Assembly: GCA_964569425.1 (NCBI GenBank)
Contig: CAZMVD010000008.1
Coordinates: forward strand, 3,182-67,181
DNA from: an uncultured Phycisphaeraceae bacterium
GTDB lineage: Bacteria; Planctomycetota; Phycisphaerae; UBA1845
DNA length: 64,000 nt
Reading direction: 5' to 3'
In this document: positions 51,036 through 60,399 of the stretch, piece by piece
Position numbering within the stretch: position 1 is the first letter of the stretch
Layout: the number at the start of each line of letters is the position of its first letter
Program-made: the position numbers and the translations under genes
Notes under the pieces: generated by a model
Database searches by the model: none
Told to the model about the DNA's origin: nothing
Seen by the model: only the letters and a program-made list of their open reading frames with translations

Positions 51036-53573
51036 TCAACCGCGAATGTCGTGGTCGTCGCTGAGGGCGGGCACTTCGTCGTCCCAGGGTGTGTCGTCGG
51101 CGTGGTCGTGGCTATCGGCCGCAAAGCCCGCCTGCAAGTCGGCATCCAACTGAGCGCGCATGGCGTCCCACTGATCCAGGTTGATGAGCACTTCGCGCGC
51201 CTGTGAACCCTTGTAGTCGCCGACGATGCCCGCTTCGGCCATCTGGTCGATGAGGCGGGACGCGCGCGAATAGCCGATGGTGAGCCGCCGCTGCAACAGG
51301 CTGACGCTGCCGCGTTTGGATTCGAGAATGATTCGCACGGCGTCATCGAACAACGGATCGCGCAGGCTCAAGTCGCCGTCGGTGTCTCCACTGCGAATCT
51401 GAATCAGCTCGGGATGGAATTCCGGCTTGGCGCGCGAGGCGAGGTCCTCGAGCACGGCCTGCACTTCCCCATCTTCCAGGAAGGTTCCCTGGGCGCGGAG
51501 CAGTTTGTGCGAGCCGGGCGGCAGGAAGAGCATGTCGCCCTGGCCCATGAGCACCTCACCGCCGTTCTGATCGAGGACGATGCGCGAGTCCATGCGGGAG
51601 GCGACGCGGAAACAGATGCGTGTGGGGAGGTTGGACTTGATCAGCCCGGTGACCACCTTGGCCTCGGGACGCTGCGTGGCCACGATAATGTGAATGCCCA
51701 CGGCGCGGGACTTCTGCGCCAGGCGCGAGAGGTGGTGCTCGACCTCTTTGGCGGAGGTCATCATGAGGTCGGCGAGTTCGTCGATGATGATGACGATGTA
51801 GGGCAGGTGGGTGGCGATCTGGGCGCGTTCGTCGTCGTTGGTGGGTTCGAACCGTTTGTAGATTTCGTCGGCGCCGAGCGCGTTGTAGCCGGCGATGTTC
51901 TTGACCCGGGCCTCGGCGAGGACTTCATAGCGCTCGTCCATTTTGGTGACCGCCCATTCGAGTATTTTTTCCGCACGGGCCATGTCGGTGATGATCGGGC
52001 ACATCAGGTGGGGGATGTCCTTGAACTGGCTCATTTCCACCATTTTGGGGTCGACGAGGATCATCTTCACGTGGTCCGGGCGTTTGGTCATCAGCAGGCT
52101 GAGGATGACCGAATTGATGCACACGCTCTTGCCTGAGCCGGTGGTGCCGGCGATGAGCAGGTGGGGCATGCGGGTCAGGTCGGCGACGAGTGCCGCGCCG
52201 CCGGCATCTTTGCCCAGAAACAGCGGCAGGCCCATGTCGGTGGCTTTTTTGCCCGCGAGGGTCATCAGCTCCTTGAGGCGCACCTTTTCCTTTTGGGTGT
52301 TGGGCACCTCGATGCCGATGGTGTTCTTGCCGGAGATGGGCGCCACCACGCGGATGGCGTGGGCCTTCAGCGCGCGGGCGATGTCGTTGGACAGCGTGGC
52401 CACCTGCGACACCTTGATTCCCGCGCCGAGGCGCAGTTCGAACATGGTGATGACCGGGCCGGTGTCGATCTCCACCACGCGCGCGTCCAGGCGGAACTCT
52501 TCCAGGGTGCGCTCCAGCACCTTGGCCTGCTCGCGGACGTGCATTTCCTGTTGCGCGGTGAAGCCGTATTCGGGTTCCTGCAGCAGGTCGAGCGCGGGCA
52601 GCGTCCAGTTTTCGATCTGGCGGGGATAGGGTTCGGCGCGGCTGGTTCGCGCCGCGGACGGGAAGTTGACCTTCAGGCTCAGCGGCGCAGCGGGCACCTT
52701 GACCACGACGGCCTTCGATTCCGGCTGCGGCTCAGCAAGCGCATCGAGCTTGTGCGCTTTCGCGTCGGCAGGCTTCTCATTGGACGCGCCGGCGGACTGC
52801 GGTTCGTTTCGGGTGCTCGCTGTGTCGCCTGGCTCGCCCGACTCGGAAAACAGCGACGCTTCTTCGTCGGCCGGTGCGGCCCTTTTGGTCTTGGCTCGTA
52901 CCTTGGGGACCTGGAGCAGCGCCGCGCTCTCGGCACGCGATACGCCCTCGCCGATGGTGACCGTCGCGGTTCGCGGCAACACCGAGGCAGCCGCAGCCGT
53001 CGCCCGCGCCGCCACCTGGCCAGAGGCGCGCCCCGCGCGCACCAGCATGGAGGGCAGCTTCAGCACCCACCCTTCAGTGGTGAACAGCAACCCGACCAGC
53101 AGGCTGGAAGCGAGCACGATGATGGTGCCCAGTCGATCGAGCTGCTCGGCCAGGAACCGCCCCAGCGCAAAGCCGATCAACCCGCCGTGCCCGGTGGGCA
53201 TGGCATTGACCGACCCGAGTGTTACCAGGTGCGAGGCGGCGGCGATGCTCGCCACCACCAGCGTCAAGCCGAAGGCGCGCTCCCAGGCGTTTCCGACGGA
53301 CCCGTGCCGCAGCTTCATCAGCGCTGCCAACGAGGCAAACAGCAGCAGCGGATAGACGCCGTCGCCGAGCATGTAGATCAGGTGATAGGCGCACCAGGCA
53401 CCCGCCGCTCCGCAGGCGTTGCGCGCCGGGTCGTGGTGGGGGAACTGATTGGGGCTTGGCCAGTCGCCGGGGTCGAAGGTGAGCGTCGCCGCCCAGAGAA
53501 ACAGGGTGCCCATCAGCGCGCAAAACGCCGGGGCAATGGAGCGCGGCTTGGCCGTCGGCGACGCTGCTGTCAT
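51036..53573 (-). CDS. ftsK: DNA translocase FtsK
   Basis: 4TM N-domain, PHLLIAGTTGSGKS, DPKMVE, IIDELADLM, RRLTIGYSRASRLIDQM gamma domain. Confidence 0.97.
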   Translation of the reverse strand: MTAASPTAKPRSIAPAFCALMGTLFLWAATLTFDPGDWPSPNQFPHHDPARNACGAAGAWCAYHLIYMLGDGVYPLLLFASLAALMKLRHGSVGNAWERAFGLTLVVASIAAASHLVTLGSVNAMPTGHGGLIGFALGRFLAEQLDRLGTIIVLASSLLVGLLFTTEGWVLKLPSMLVRAGRASGQVAARATAAAASVLPRTATVTIGEGVSRAESAALLQVPKVRAKTKRAAPADEEASLFSESGEPGDTASTRNEPQSAGASNEKPADAKAHKLDALAEPQPESKAVVVKVPAAPLSLKVNFPSAARTSRAEPYPRQIENWTLPALDLLQEPEYGFTAQQEMHVREQAKVLERTLEEFRLDARVVEIDTGPVITMFELRLGAGIKVSQVATLSNDIARALKAHAIRVVAPISGKNTIGIEVPNTQKEKVRLKELMTLAGKKATDMGLPLFLGKDAGGAALVADLTRMPHLLIAGTTGSGKSVCINSVILSLLMTKRPDHVKMILVDPKMVEMSQFKDIPHLMCPIITDMARAEKILEWAVTKMDERYEVLAEARVKNIAGYNALGADEIYKRFEPTNDDERAQIATHLPYIVIIIDELADLMMTSAKEVEHHLSRLAQKSRAVGIHIIVATQRPEAKVVTGLIKSNLPTRICFRVASRMDSRIVLDQNGGEVLMGQGDMLFLPPGSHKLLRAQGTFLEDGEVQAVLEDLASRAKPEFHPELIQIRSGDTDGDLSLRDPLFDDAVRIILESKRGSVSLLQRRLTIGYSRASRLIDQMAEAGIVGDYKGSQAREVLINLDQWDAMRAQLDADLQAGFAADSHDHADDTPWDDEVPALSDDHDIRG

Positions 53574-53892
53574 GCTCTGGCCGTCCTCCCCTCGAGACCG
53601 TTTGTTGGCCGTGCCTGCGGCGCATGTTTGTGCCGGGGCGTTCTGGGCAATGCGAGCCCCTGTGCGCGACCGGGCTTGCCATTTCGGCGCGCACCGCCCG
53701 CGGCGCTACTGAGAACCGCGTTTTGTTCATATCGGCCAACCCCCCCCGCCCCGCTGGAGTCAAAGTCGGCCGGCCCACGTGAAGGCGAGCGAATCGATGC
53801 TGGGGATTCCGTACCGTCTCGTAACGTCGTTGTCGCTGACAGGACTTGGCGCCGTCGCGCTATGGCGGCGCGCCGATGGACTGTAGGCGGGG

Positions 53893-53919
53893 TTGCAGGA
53901 CTGGTGTTTACGCTATAAT
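53893..53919 (+). promoter_or_regulatory. Probable sigma-70 promoter of the three-gene cassette
   Basis: TTGCAG-N15-TATAAT (perfect -10 at 53914-53919); AGGAG RBS before the TTG at 53966. Confidence 0.5.
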
Positions 53920-53965
53920 CACTCTGGCATACAAGAGGCTGGGCTAAAGGCAGGAGTCGAACCCC

Positions 53966-54736
53966 TTGACCGCGTCCCTCGAGTTTGAAAACCTTCCGCT
54001 TGTCGAGGCCGCGCTGCGAACGAGCTTTCGTTCGCCGCTTCCGCTGCGCTTTTCGGTCCTTAATGAACTGCATTCTAACCTGGCATCAGAGTTTCGCAAT
54101 CTTGAAGTGACTTCCCAGTTCGAAGCGGCGCCGGGAATGAACTTGGCGCTTCCGTCCGATGTCGGACCGATTCCCGGGGCCGTCCTGTCAGGTCATGAGC
54201 AGGGGCTTCGAGTTACGCTCCAACAGCACTTGGTCGTGACCAGGTGGATTCGCCAGCCTTACCAAAGCGCCCCGCCGTATCCACGTTACGCCGCAATCAG
54301 TGAATGCCATTGGCAGGTCGCGCACGCGCTACTAAAGGCAACAAAGGTTGCCGAACCGGAATGCGCTGCGGTGAATATGTCGTACGTCAACTTTCTGGCC
54401 GTGGAAGAGGGCGCCAACTTCCTCTTTGAGTATTTCTCGCCACAGGCACATGTGGAACTGGTGAGGGGCGGCCGCCTGTTGCATAAGTACGAACTCGCTT
54501 GGCAGACTACCGGCGCCGTTGACCTGCGCATCCGACTCGAACGTGCAAGGTTGGCCTTTGGCGATGAGCAAAAAGAAGGCTATAACCTCACAACCGTTGG
54601 TGGCATGGGCGTAACCACCTTGACCGACGCAAAAACAGACCTCGAAACTGCACACGGGCAATTGCAGGAATTTTTTGGGCGGTTGATTTCGGATAGGGCA
54701 AAGGACGAATGGAGGCTACGTAATGCCTCAGCTTGA
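53966..54736 (+). CDS. TIGR04255-like protein
   Basis: N-terminal FENLPLVEAAL, central PYPRY, MSYVN, C-terminal AH..L..FF..LIS..A...W; pattern recalled from the family, not searched. Confidence 0.65.
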   Translation: MTASLEFENLPLVEAALRTSFRSPLPLRFSVLNELHSNLASEFRNLEVTSQFEAAPGMNLALPSDVGPIPGAVLSGHEQGLRVTLQQHLVVTRWIRQPYQSAPPYPRYAAISECHWQVAHALLKATKVAEPECAAVNMSYVNFLAVEEGANFLFEYFSPQAHVELVRGGRLLHKYELAWQTTGAVDLRIRLERARLAFGDEQKEGYNLTTVGGMGVTTLTDAKTDLETAHGQLQEFFGRLISDRAKDEWRLRNASA

Positions 54737-55364
54737 TGACGCGACATGTTTGCTTGACGGTGATGATATCGGAGACGTGGCTTCGATTCCGTACCCCGCT
54801 TGCAAAGACGGCACCTACTCCCCGAGGCGATTAGATTCGCTGCGAAATCGGTTAGTTGATCGGTTAGTTGAACATTCAGGCGAGCACGATGTTTCCACGA
54901 CCCGTTTCTCAGTGGGGAGTATTCCCTATTATTCGCACGTCGTAAACACTACGTTGGCGATGCCAGAGGCGTTCCGTCGATTGGACGACCGCGGTCAACT
55001 CATTTGCGATAAGATTGACCAGGACATTAGTGACGACTGCAATGATGCTATGCAAGAGGGAACGACTCTGCCAACTCTGTCGGCCAGGAAGGTTGCCCGA
55101 GAACTTACTGAGGCTATTGCCCCGACTGTGTCGCAGGAGCATGGTATGAAGTATGCGGCGTTCGTAGAAGAAGAAGGCGGGATTTCGGTAACGTTCCAGT
55201 CGGTCGTAACGGATCGTCGGGTGAACTTCCGCATCTCGCGTGACGGCTCCAGCCTCACAATCGTCAGCGTGGACTCCGATGGGCGGGCCGATTCGAATCC
55301 GACCCATTTCAATGACATTCGACTCGTTCGCAACTGGGCCGAGTGGCTGCTCCAGCCGAAATGA
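54723..55364 (+). CDS. Hypothetical protein (candidate antitoxin)
   Basis: 213-aa ORF overlapping both neighbours; acidic N-terminus; C-terminal P..SA...A..L...EEGGISVTF...FRISRDG fold-like region. Confidence 0.7.
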   Translation: MPQLDDATCLLDGDDIGDVASIPYPACKDGTYSPRRLDSLRNRLVDRLVEHSGEHDVSTTRFSVGSIPYYSHVVNTTLAMPEAFRRLDDRGQLICDKIDQDISDDCNDAMQEGTTLPTLSARKVARELTEAIAPTVSQEHGMKYAAFVEEEGGISVTFQSVVTDRRVNFRISRDGSSLTIVSVDSDGRADSNPTHFNDIRLVRNWAEWLLQPK

Positions 55365-55792
55365 CCTCGTTCGCGCCGAATGACGGCTTTCTTCGGCGAA
55401 CGGCCGGAAAGCGCTATATCAAGAATGGCGTCGTCGGTTGGGAAGCATTCAAGCCGCGAGAGGGGGAAGACGGCCTTTCGTTTACTTATCAATCGCCGTC
55501 CCTTCAGTCACCTGAAGGAATTCGTAGTTTCCAATTGGACAAGGTACTTCCTTCGGGAGACCTTCCCGGCATCTGCAAACTGACCTATTCCAATCTTGCG
55601 GTCGGGCTTTCACCTCCCCTTCTACCGAGATTCAAGATGGACCTTGATGATGCGAAATACGGCGCCCTGCATTGTCTAACAGAGTTGCCCCAGGACCAGG
55701 AACAAATGGAGGCCATGGCTCAGCTCGCGTCGAGGAACACTGATTCGGGACTTCCTATCCCGTTTGTTCCCAAGGAAAAACGAATTGCGTGA
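55361..55792 (+). CDS. Hypothetical protein, possible ADP-ribosyltransferase-fold toxin
   Basis: ATGA overlap with the upstream stop; FLRR...AFKP...GLSF...ALHC motif order. Confidence 0.55.
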   Translation: MTSFAPNDGFLRRTAGKRYIKNGVVGWEAFKPREGEDGLSFTYQSPSLQSPEGIRSFQLDKVLPSGDLPGICKLTYSNLAVGLSPPLLPRFKMDLDDAKYGALHCLTELPQDQEQMEAMAQLASRNTDSGLPIPFVPKEKRIA

Positions 55793-56444
55793 ACCAACCA
55801 GAGCGGTGTTGGGCCGCGTCCGCTCTATCATGCCCCCCGTCATCCGGCCAGCCCATGCGGGAACGGCTCTCATCCAGCTGCCGAAACCGCGCCAGGTCCA
55901 TCCGCACCGAATCCCGCGGATGGTGCCCCGGGGCCCCTGCCGCGCAGCGCCAGTCGCCACGCGTGAACTTCGTTTTGAACGGTGGGTCTTCGTCCACCGT
56001 GAATTGTACCACCACGTTCGCGCCTGCCGGAATCATCTGCCGCAGCCGATACCGAAAAGTCGGTTCCGCCACCCGCATGGTGAACGTCTCGCCCCGCGTC
56101 ACGTTGCCGGCCGTCCAGCCGATGTTCGCCCGGTAGCTCCGTTTCGGTTTCTCCAACTCCTCCGGCATATCGCACACGATGCGCAGCAGCGTTCCCGCCG
56201 GCTTGCTGGCGGGTGCGGGTTCAATCGCCGCCGGAATCGCTTCCGGCGGTAACCTTGTGCCGCAACCCAAACCACCCATCCCGATTCCCCCGATCAGCGC
56301 GAGCAATGGCGGTAGGCTGGTACGGCTCCGAAGGCGCTGAGGCGGCAGACCGCGCCGGGCATGATTCGACGTTGGGCGCTCGGGCGGCGCGGTACTTCGT
56401 TCTGCAAGCATGCCGGTTCCGAAGGCGCGTGGATGGTTCTTCAT
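55755..56444 (-). CDS. Hypothetical protein, possible lipoprotein
   Basis: Hydrophobic stretch ending GGLGC; convergent overlap with the cassette; boundaries uncertain. Confidence 0.4.
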   Translation of the reverse strand: MKNHPRAFGTGMLAERSTAPPERPTSNHARRGLPPQRLRSRTSLPPLLALIGGIGMGGLGCGTRLPPEAIPAAIEPAPASKPAGTLLRIVCDMPEELEKPKRSYRANIGWTAGNVTRGETFTMRVAEPTFRYRLRQMIPAGANVVVQFTVDEDPPFKTKFTRGDWRCAAGAPGHHPRDSVRMDLARFRQLDESRSRMGWPDDGGHDRADAAQHRSGWFTQFVFPWEQTG

Positions 56445-56703
56445 GACGTTACACCCAAGAAAGCATGTCCTTTCGGGGATTGAGCCTCAGGGGCCGCTGC
56501 ACCAGCCCCCGAGATCCCTGTGGGTTAGACGGTTATCGCTTGAATTGGTTCCCGAATCGTGCAGGCGTTTCCCGATTCGCAATCGGGCCCAAGAGGTGTG
56601 ATCACGGGCCGGCGCACGGGACGCTGAACACTTACGCCGATTCGGGTCGGACCAACGGAGCGGATGACTAGCGGCCCGTTGGAACAAGTTGTCGGTGGGA
56701 CGA

Positions 56704-57777
56704 TTACCTGGTGGCTGCCTGGAGTTCTTTGCACTTGGTGTAGAAAGCGAGCGTGTCGGCGGCCTGGCGACCTGCTTCTTCGCCTGCGGCGGCGATGGCC
56801 TCCTTCTGCAATTCGATGGCCCGGTCCAGTGCCCCCACCTGGTAGAGCGCCTGCGCGTAAGCCGCGGTGATCATCGGGTCTTTGCGGTCCGAAGCCTCGT
56901 AGCCGGCTTTGGCCGCTTCGATGGCCAAGTCCGGCACTCGGGCGCCCAGGTCCTCGATGCTGCATAGCACGGTGGCCAGCCGCAGCATGACCGTGGCGCT
57001 GTTCTTCTGCGTGGCGATGTGCTCGCTGACGAAGCGGCGGAACTGTTCGGCGTCGCGCGTTTCGTTGACGTAAATCTGGGTGAGCACGTCCATGGCGTCC
57101 ATGTTGCCGGGGTCGAGTTTGAGAATGCCGATCAGGCCGTCCCACACCTTGGAAAACTCGCCACGCTGCACGTAGGTGAAAAGCTCCTGGAAGCGGCGCT
57201 GCACTTCGCGTTCGGTTTCCGCAGCCTTTTTGGCGGATTCCGCGTCGTACTTGCCGGCGACGAGCTGAGCGACGATATCTTCCATCGCCGGGTCGAGTGG
57301 ACTGCCGTGCCAAGCCACCTTGCCGTCTTTGCCCACGAGGTAGGCGTACGGGATGCCGGGAATGCCGGTGCTGGCGAGGTACGCGGTGGTGGTGCGTTCG
57401 TCGCGGTCCATGGCCACGTGATAGATCATGCCGGCGCCGTGCTCCTTCACGAAGCGCTTCACGGCGGACACGGTATTGCCGCGGTCATCGGCGGAGGTGA
57501 CGCCGATGATTGCCAATTCGTTCTTGAAGCGGTTTTGAATCTTGTTGAGGACGGGCACGCTGATTTTGCACGGCGGGCACCAGGTGGCCCAGAATTCGAC
57601 CATGTAGATCTTCTTGCCGATGTCCTTGGCGAAATCGATCGGCTCGCCCTGAACCCATTCGGCGATGGCGAGCGCGGGGGCCTTGTCGCCCACGTTGAGC
57701 GCCAGCGCGGGCGCCGCGGCAGCGCCCACTCCCAAGACGATCGCCCAAGCGAACCGTGATACCAAGCCGTTTTTCAT
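56704..57777 (-). CDS. Exported TlpA-like redoxin with C-terminal TPR region
   Basis: Signal peptide, VGDKAP, EFWATWCPPC, GIPYAYLV..DG, helical TPR-like tail. Confidence 0.88.
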   Translation of the reverse strand: MKNGLVSRFAWAIVLGVGAAAAPALALNVGDKAPALAIAEWVQGEPIDFAKDIGKKIYMVEFWATWCPPCKISVPVLNKIQNRFKNELAIIGVTSADDRGNTVSAVKRFVKEHGAGMIYHVAMDRDERTTTAYLASTGIPGIPYAYLVGKDGKVAWHGSPLDPAMEDIVAQLVAGKYDAESAKKAAETEREVQRRFQELFTYVQRGEFSKVWDGLIGILKLDPGNMDAMDVLTQIYVNETRDAEQFRRFVSEHIATQKNSATVMLRLATVLCSIEDLGARVPDLAIEAAKAGYEASDRKDPMITAAYAQALYQVGALDRAIELQKEAIAAAGEEAGRQAADTLAFYTKCKELQAATR

Positions 57778-57976
57778 ACGATGCCATCTCCCCGAGGGCG
57801 GTGCCCCGCTCATTCCCTAGACCCTAAGCCGACGAGTTCGGCGGCGGCGCGGCGCCCCTGCCCGATGCTGTTATACTCGAAATCGGCCCTTATGGTTCAT
57901 CGGCCGGCGTATGAACCGGCGTGGCCGGCACCCCGGCATACCTCTGCGCGGCCCGCACGCGGGCGGCTCGTGTCGT

Positions 57977-59158
57977 TCACCCCGCCGCGACCGCTTTCCG
58001 CGCCCCGCGCAGTTTCTTCAGCCGGGCGCAGGCGTCCTGCAGGACCGGCATTTCCTTGGCGAAGCAGAAGCGCAATTGATCGTCGCCGTCGGCGGGGTTC
58101 CGGTAAAAGGCAGACCCGGGCACGGTGGCCACGCCCACCTGTTCGAGGATGGACTCGGTGGCGGCCACGGCGCCGGGCCAGCGGCCCTTTTCGAAGGCCG
58201 CGAGCATGTAGTAGCTGCCGTCGGGCACGAATGGCGAAAAACCGATGTCGCGCAGAGTGTCGGCGAGCAGGTCGCGCTTGGCCAGGTAGTCGGCGCGCAT
58301 TTGATCATAATAAGAATCCGGCAGTTCCATGCCGGCTACGATGCCATGCTGCAAGGGCGCCGGAGCGCAGATGTACAGCAAATCGTTGACCACCGCCATG
58401 CGGTCGATGAGCGCGGCCGGGCCCACCGAATAGCCCACCCGCCAGCCGGTGACCGCGTAGGTCTTGGATGCGCCGCTCATGGTGATGGTACGCGCTTTGG
58501 CCTCGGGAAAGCCGCCGATGCTGACGTGGGGCACGCCGTAGGTGATGTATTCGTAGATTTCGTCGGTGGCGATCCAGACGTCGTGCTGTTTGGCCAGCGC
58601 TGCGATCTGCCGCAGCTCCGCCTCGGTGAACACCTTGCCGGAGGGGTTGGCGGGGGTGGTGATGACGATCATGCGGGTGCGCTCGGTGAAGGCCGCGGCT
58701 AGCTCTGCGGGATCGTAGTGCCACTCGGGCGGTACGAGATCGACAAATTTCACCGTGACCCCGAAAAGCTTGAGCAGGTTCACGTGGTAGGAGTAAAAGG
58801 GCGAGAAGACAACGGCTTCGTCGCCGGCGTTGAGCGTGGCGAGCACGGCGCAGGCGAAGGAGCCGGCCGAGCCGACGTTGACGGCCACCTCGGTTTCCGG
58901 ATCGCACGTGATGCCATTGAAGGCGTGCATTTTGCGCGCGATGACTTTGCGCAGCTCGATGATGCCGCGCAGGTTGGTGTAGCTGGCATGGTCGGCGTCG
59001 ATGGCCCGTTTGGCCGCCTGTTTGACCTCGGGCGGGGCGGGCTGGTCGCACACGCCCTGCGAAAGGTTAACGCCTTTCATGGCGGCACAAATGGCCGAAA
59101 AACGGCGGATGTCCGACTGTCGGATCGACTGCACGCGCTGCGCAAAGGGCTTGTTCAC
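57977..59158 (-). CDS. PLP-dependent aminotransferase class I/II
   Basis: NLSQG, PANPSGKV, TDEIYE, SKTYAVTGWRVGY, RFCFAK; GTG start after AGGAG. Confidence 0.92.
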   Translation of the reverse strand: MNKPFAQRVQSIRQSDIRRFSAICAAMKGVNLSQGVCDQPAPPEVKQAAKRAIDADHASYTNLRGIIELRKVIARKMHAFNGITCDPETEVAVNVGSAGSFACAVLATLNAGDEAVVFSPFYSYHVNLLKLFGVTVKFVDLVPPEWHYDPAELAAAFTERTRMIVITTPANPSGKVFTEAELRQIAALAKQHDVWIATDEIYEYITYGVPHVSIGGFPEAKARTITMSGASKTYAVTGWRVGYSVGPAALIDRMAVVNDLLYICAPAPLQHGIVAGMELPDSYYDQMRADYLAKRDLLADTLRDIGFSPFVPDGSYYMLAAFEKGRWPGAVAATESILEQVGVATVPGSAFYRNPADGDDQLRFCFAKEMPVLQDACARLKKLRGARKAVAAG

Positions 59159-59410
59159 CGGTTGGCTCCTGTCGTCTGGCCCCCCGCGGGAATCCGTTCC
59201 CGCCGAACGGTTTGCGAGTATACGCTTTGGCGGCGGCGGACACAATTGAATCTTGTGGGGCGCGGGATGGGCGCGAGGGGACCCCACACCGTCGGAACAA
59301 GCCTCATGGGCACCGTGTCGTTATCGCGGCCGGCGCGAGAAACTGGTAAGGTCTTGTGCCGCTGACGGGCGGTGTGGCCGTGGCAGGGAGCCGTAGGGCC
59401 GGGAGGTGCT

Positions 59411-60196
59411 ATGTCATCGTTTGTTCGTCAATCAGTAGAGCAGGGCATAGACATGGTGACCCTGGCCCGCGCTGAGCTGCACAACGCCTTCAACGAGGTG
59501 GTGATTGCGGAGCTGACCGAGGCGTTCGCAGAAGTCGGTCGGCGCGACGACGTCCGCGTGGTGGTGCTGGCGGGGGAGGGAAAGAGCTTCTGCGCCGGGG
59601 CGGACGTGAACTGGATGAAGCGAATGGTGGGCTACTCCTTCGACGAGAACGTGGCGGACGCCATGGCCATGGCGCGGATGCTGCGCACCATTCGCGAATG
59701 CCCCAAGCCGGTGATCGCGCGGGTGCACGGGGCGGCGATCGGCGGGGGGGTGGGGCTGGTGGCGGCGTGCGACATGGCCGCGGCGGTGGAGTCGGCAGTG
59801 TTTTCCCTCAGCGAGGTCAAGCTGGGGATCATCCCCGCGGTGATTTCGCCCTTTGTGCTGGAGAAGATCGGCCCCGGACAGGCGCGGCGGTATGCCTTGA
59901 CGGCGGAGCGCTTCAGCGCGGCCGAGGCGCAGCGCATCGGCCTGGTCCACGAGGTGTTCCCGACGGCCGAGGCGATGGATGGATGGATCGCCCAGACCTG
60001 CGACACGCTCAAGGCCAACGGCCCGGCGGCGCTGGCCGAGGCGAAGCGGATACTCACGGAAGTGGGGGGTGTGAACTGGGACGAGGTGCAGGCGAAGACG
60101 GCGGAGCGGATCGCGCGCGTGCGCGTCTCTCCAGAGGGGCAGGAAGGGCTGAAGGCGTTTCTCGAAAAGCGCACGTCCGGGTGGCACAAGACCTGA
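59411..60196 (+). CDS. liuC: Enoyl-CoA hydratase, probable methylglutaconyl-CoA hydratase
   Basis: FCAGAD, GAAIGGGVGL, LSEVKLGIIPAVISP, EGLKAFLEKR; context with HMG-CoA lyase. Confidence 0.85.
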   Translation: MSSFVRQSVEQGIDMVTLARAELHNAFNEVVIAELTEAFAEVGRRDDVRVVVLAGEGKSFCAGADVNWMKRMVGYSFDENVADAMAMARMLRTIRECPKPVIARVHGAAIGGGVGLVAACDMAAAVESAVFSLSEVKLGIIPAVISPFVLEKIGPGQARRYALTAERFSAAEAQRIGLVHEVFPTAEAMDGWIAQTCDTLKANGPAALAEAKRILTEVGGVNWDEVQAKTAERIARVRVSPEGQEGLKAFLEKRTSGWHKT

Positions 60197-60197
60197 A

Positions 60198-60267
60198 GAA
60201 ACGCCGAAACGCCGAAACGCCGAAAGCCGAAACGCCGAAACGCGGAAATCCGAAACTTCGAAAGTCG
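60198..60267 (+). repeat. Degenerate 7-8 bp tandem repeat (GAAACGCC), nine units
   Basis: GAAACGCC x3, GAAAGCC, GAAACGCC, GAAACGCG, GAAATCC, GAAACTTC, GAAAGTCG. Confidence 0.9.
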
Positions 60268-60346
60268 CATCCACCGACGTAATTGCCAGGACAGAGAAAA
60301 TGGCGCTGCGTCCCACGTTGGCCCTTGCCGAACGTTTTCGACAACT

Positions 60347-60374
60347 CATTCGCCATTCGCTATTCTGCCTTCGC
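60347..60374 (+). repeat. Degenerate heptamer tandem repeat (CATTCGC), four units
   Basis: CATTCGC CATTCGC TATTCTG CCTTCGC. Confidence 0.65.
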
Positions 60375-60399
60375 TTTTTCCCTGATGCCGGTGCCGACC

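Noticed and set aside
60198..60267. Possible CRISPR array
   Set aside because: Units are 7-8 bp with no spacers, and no cas genes are present.
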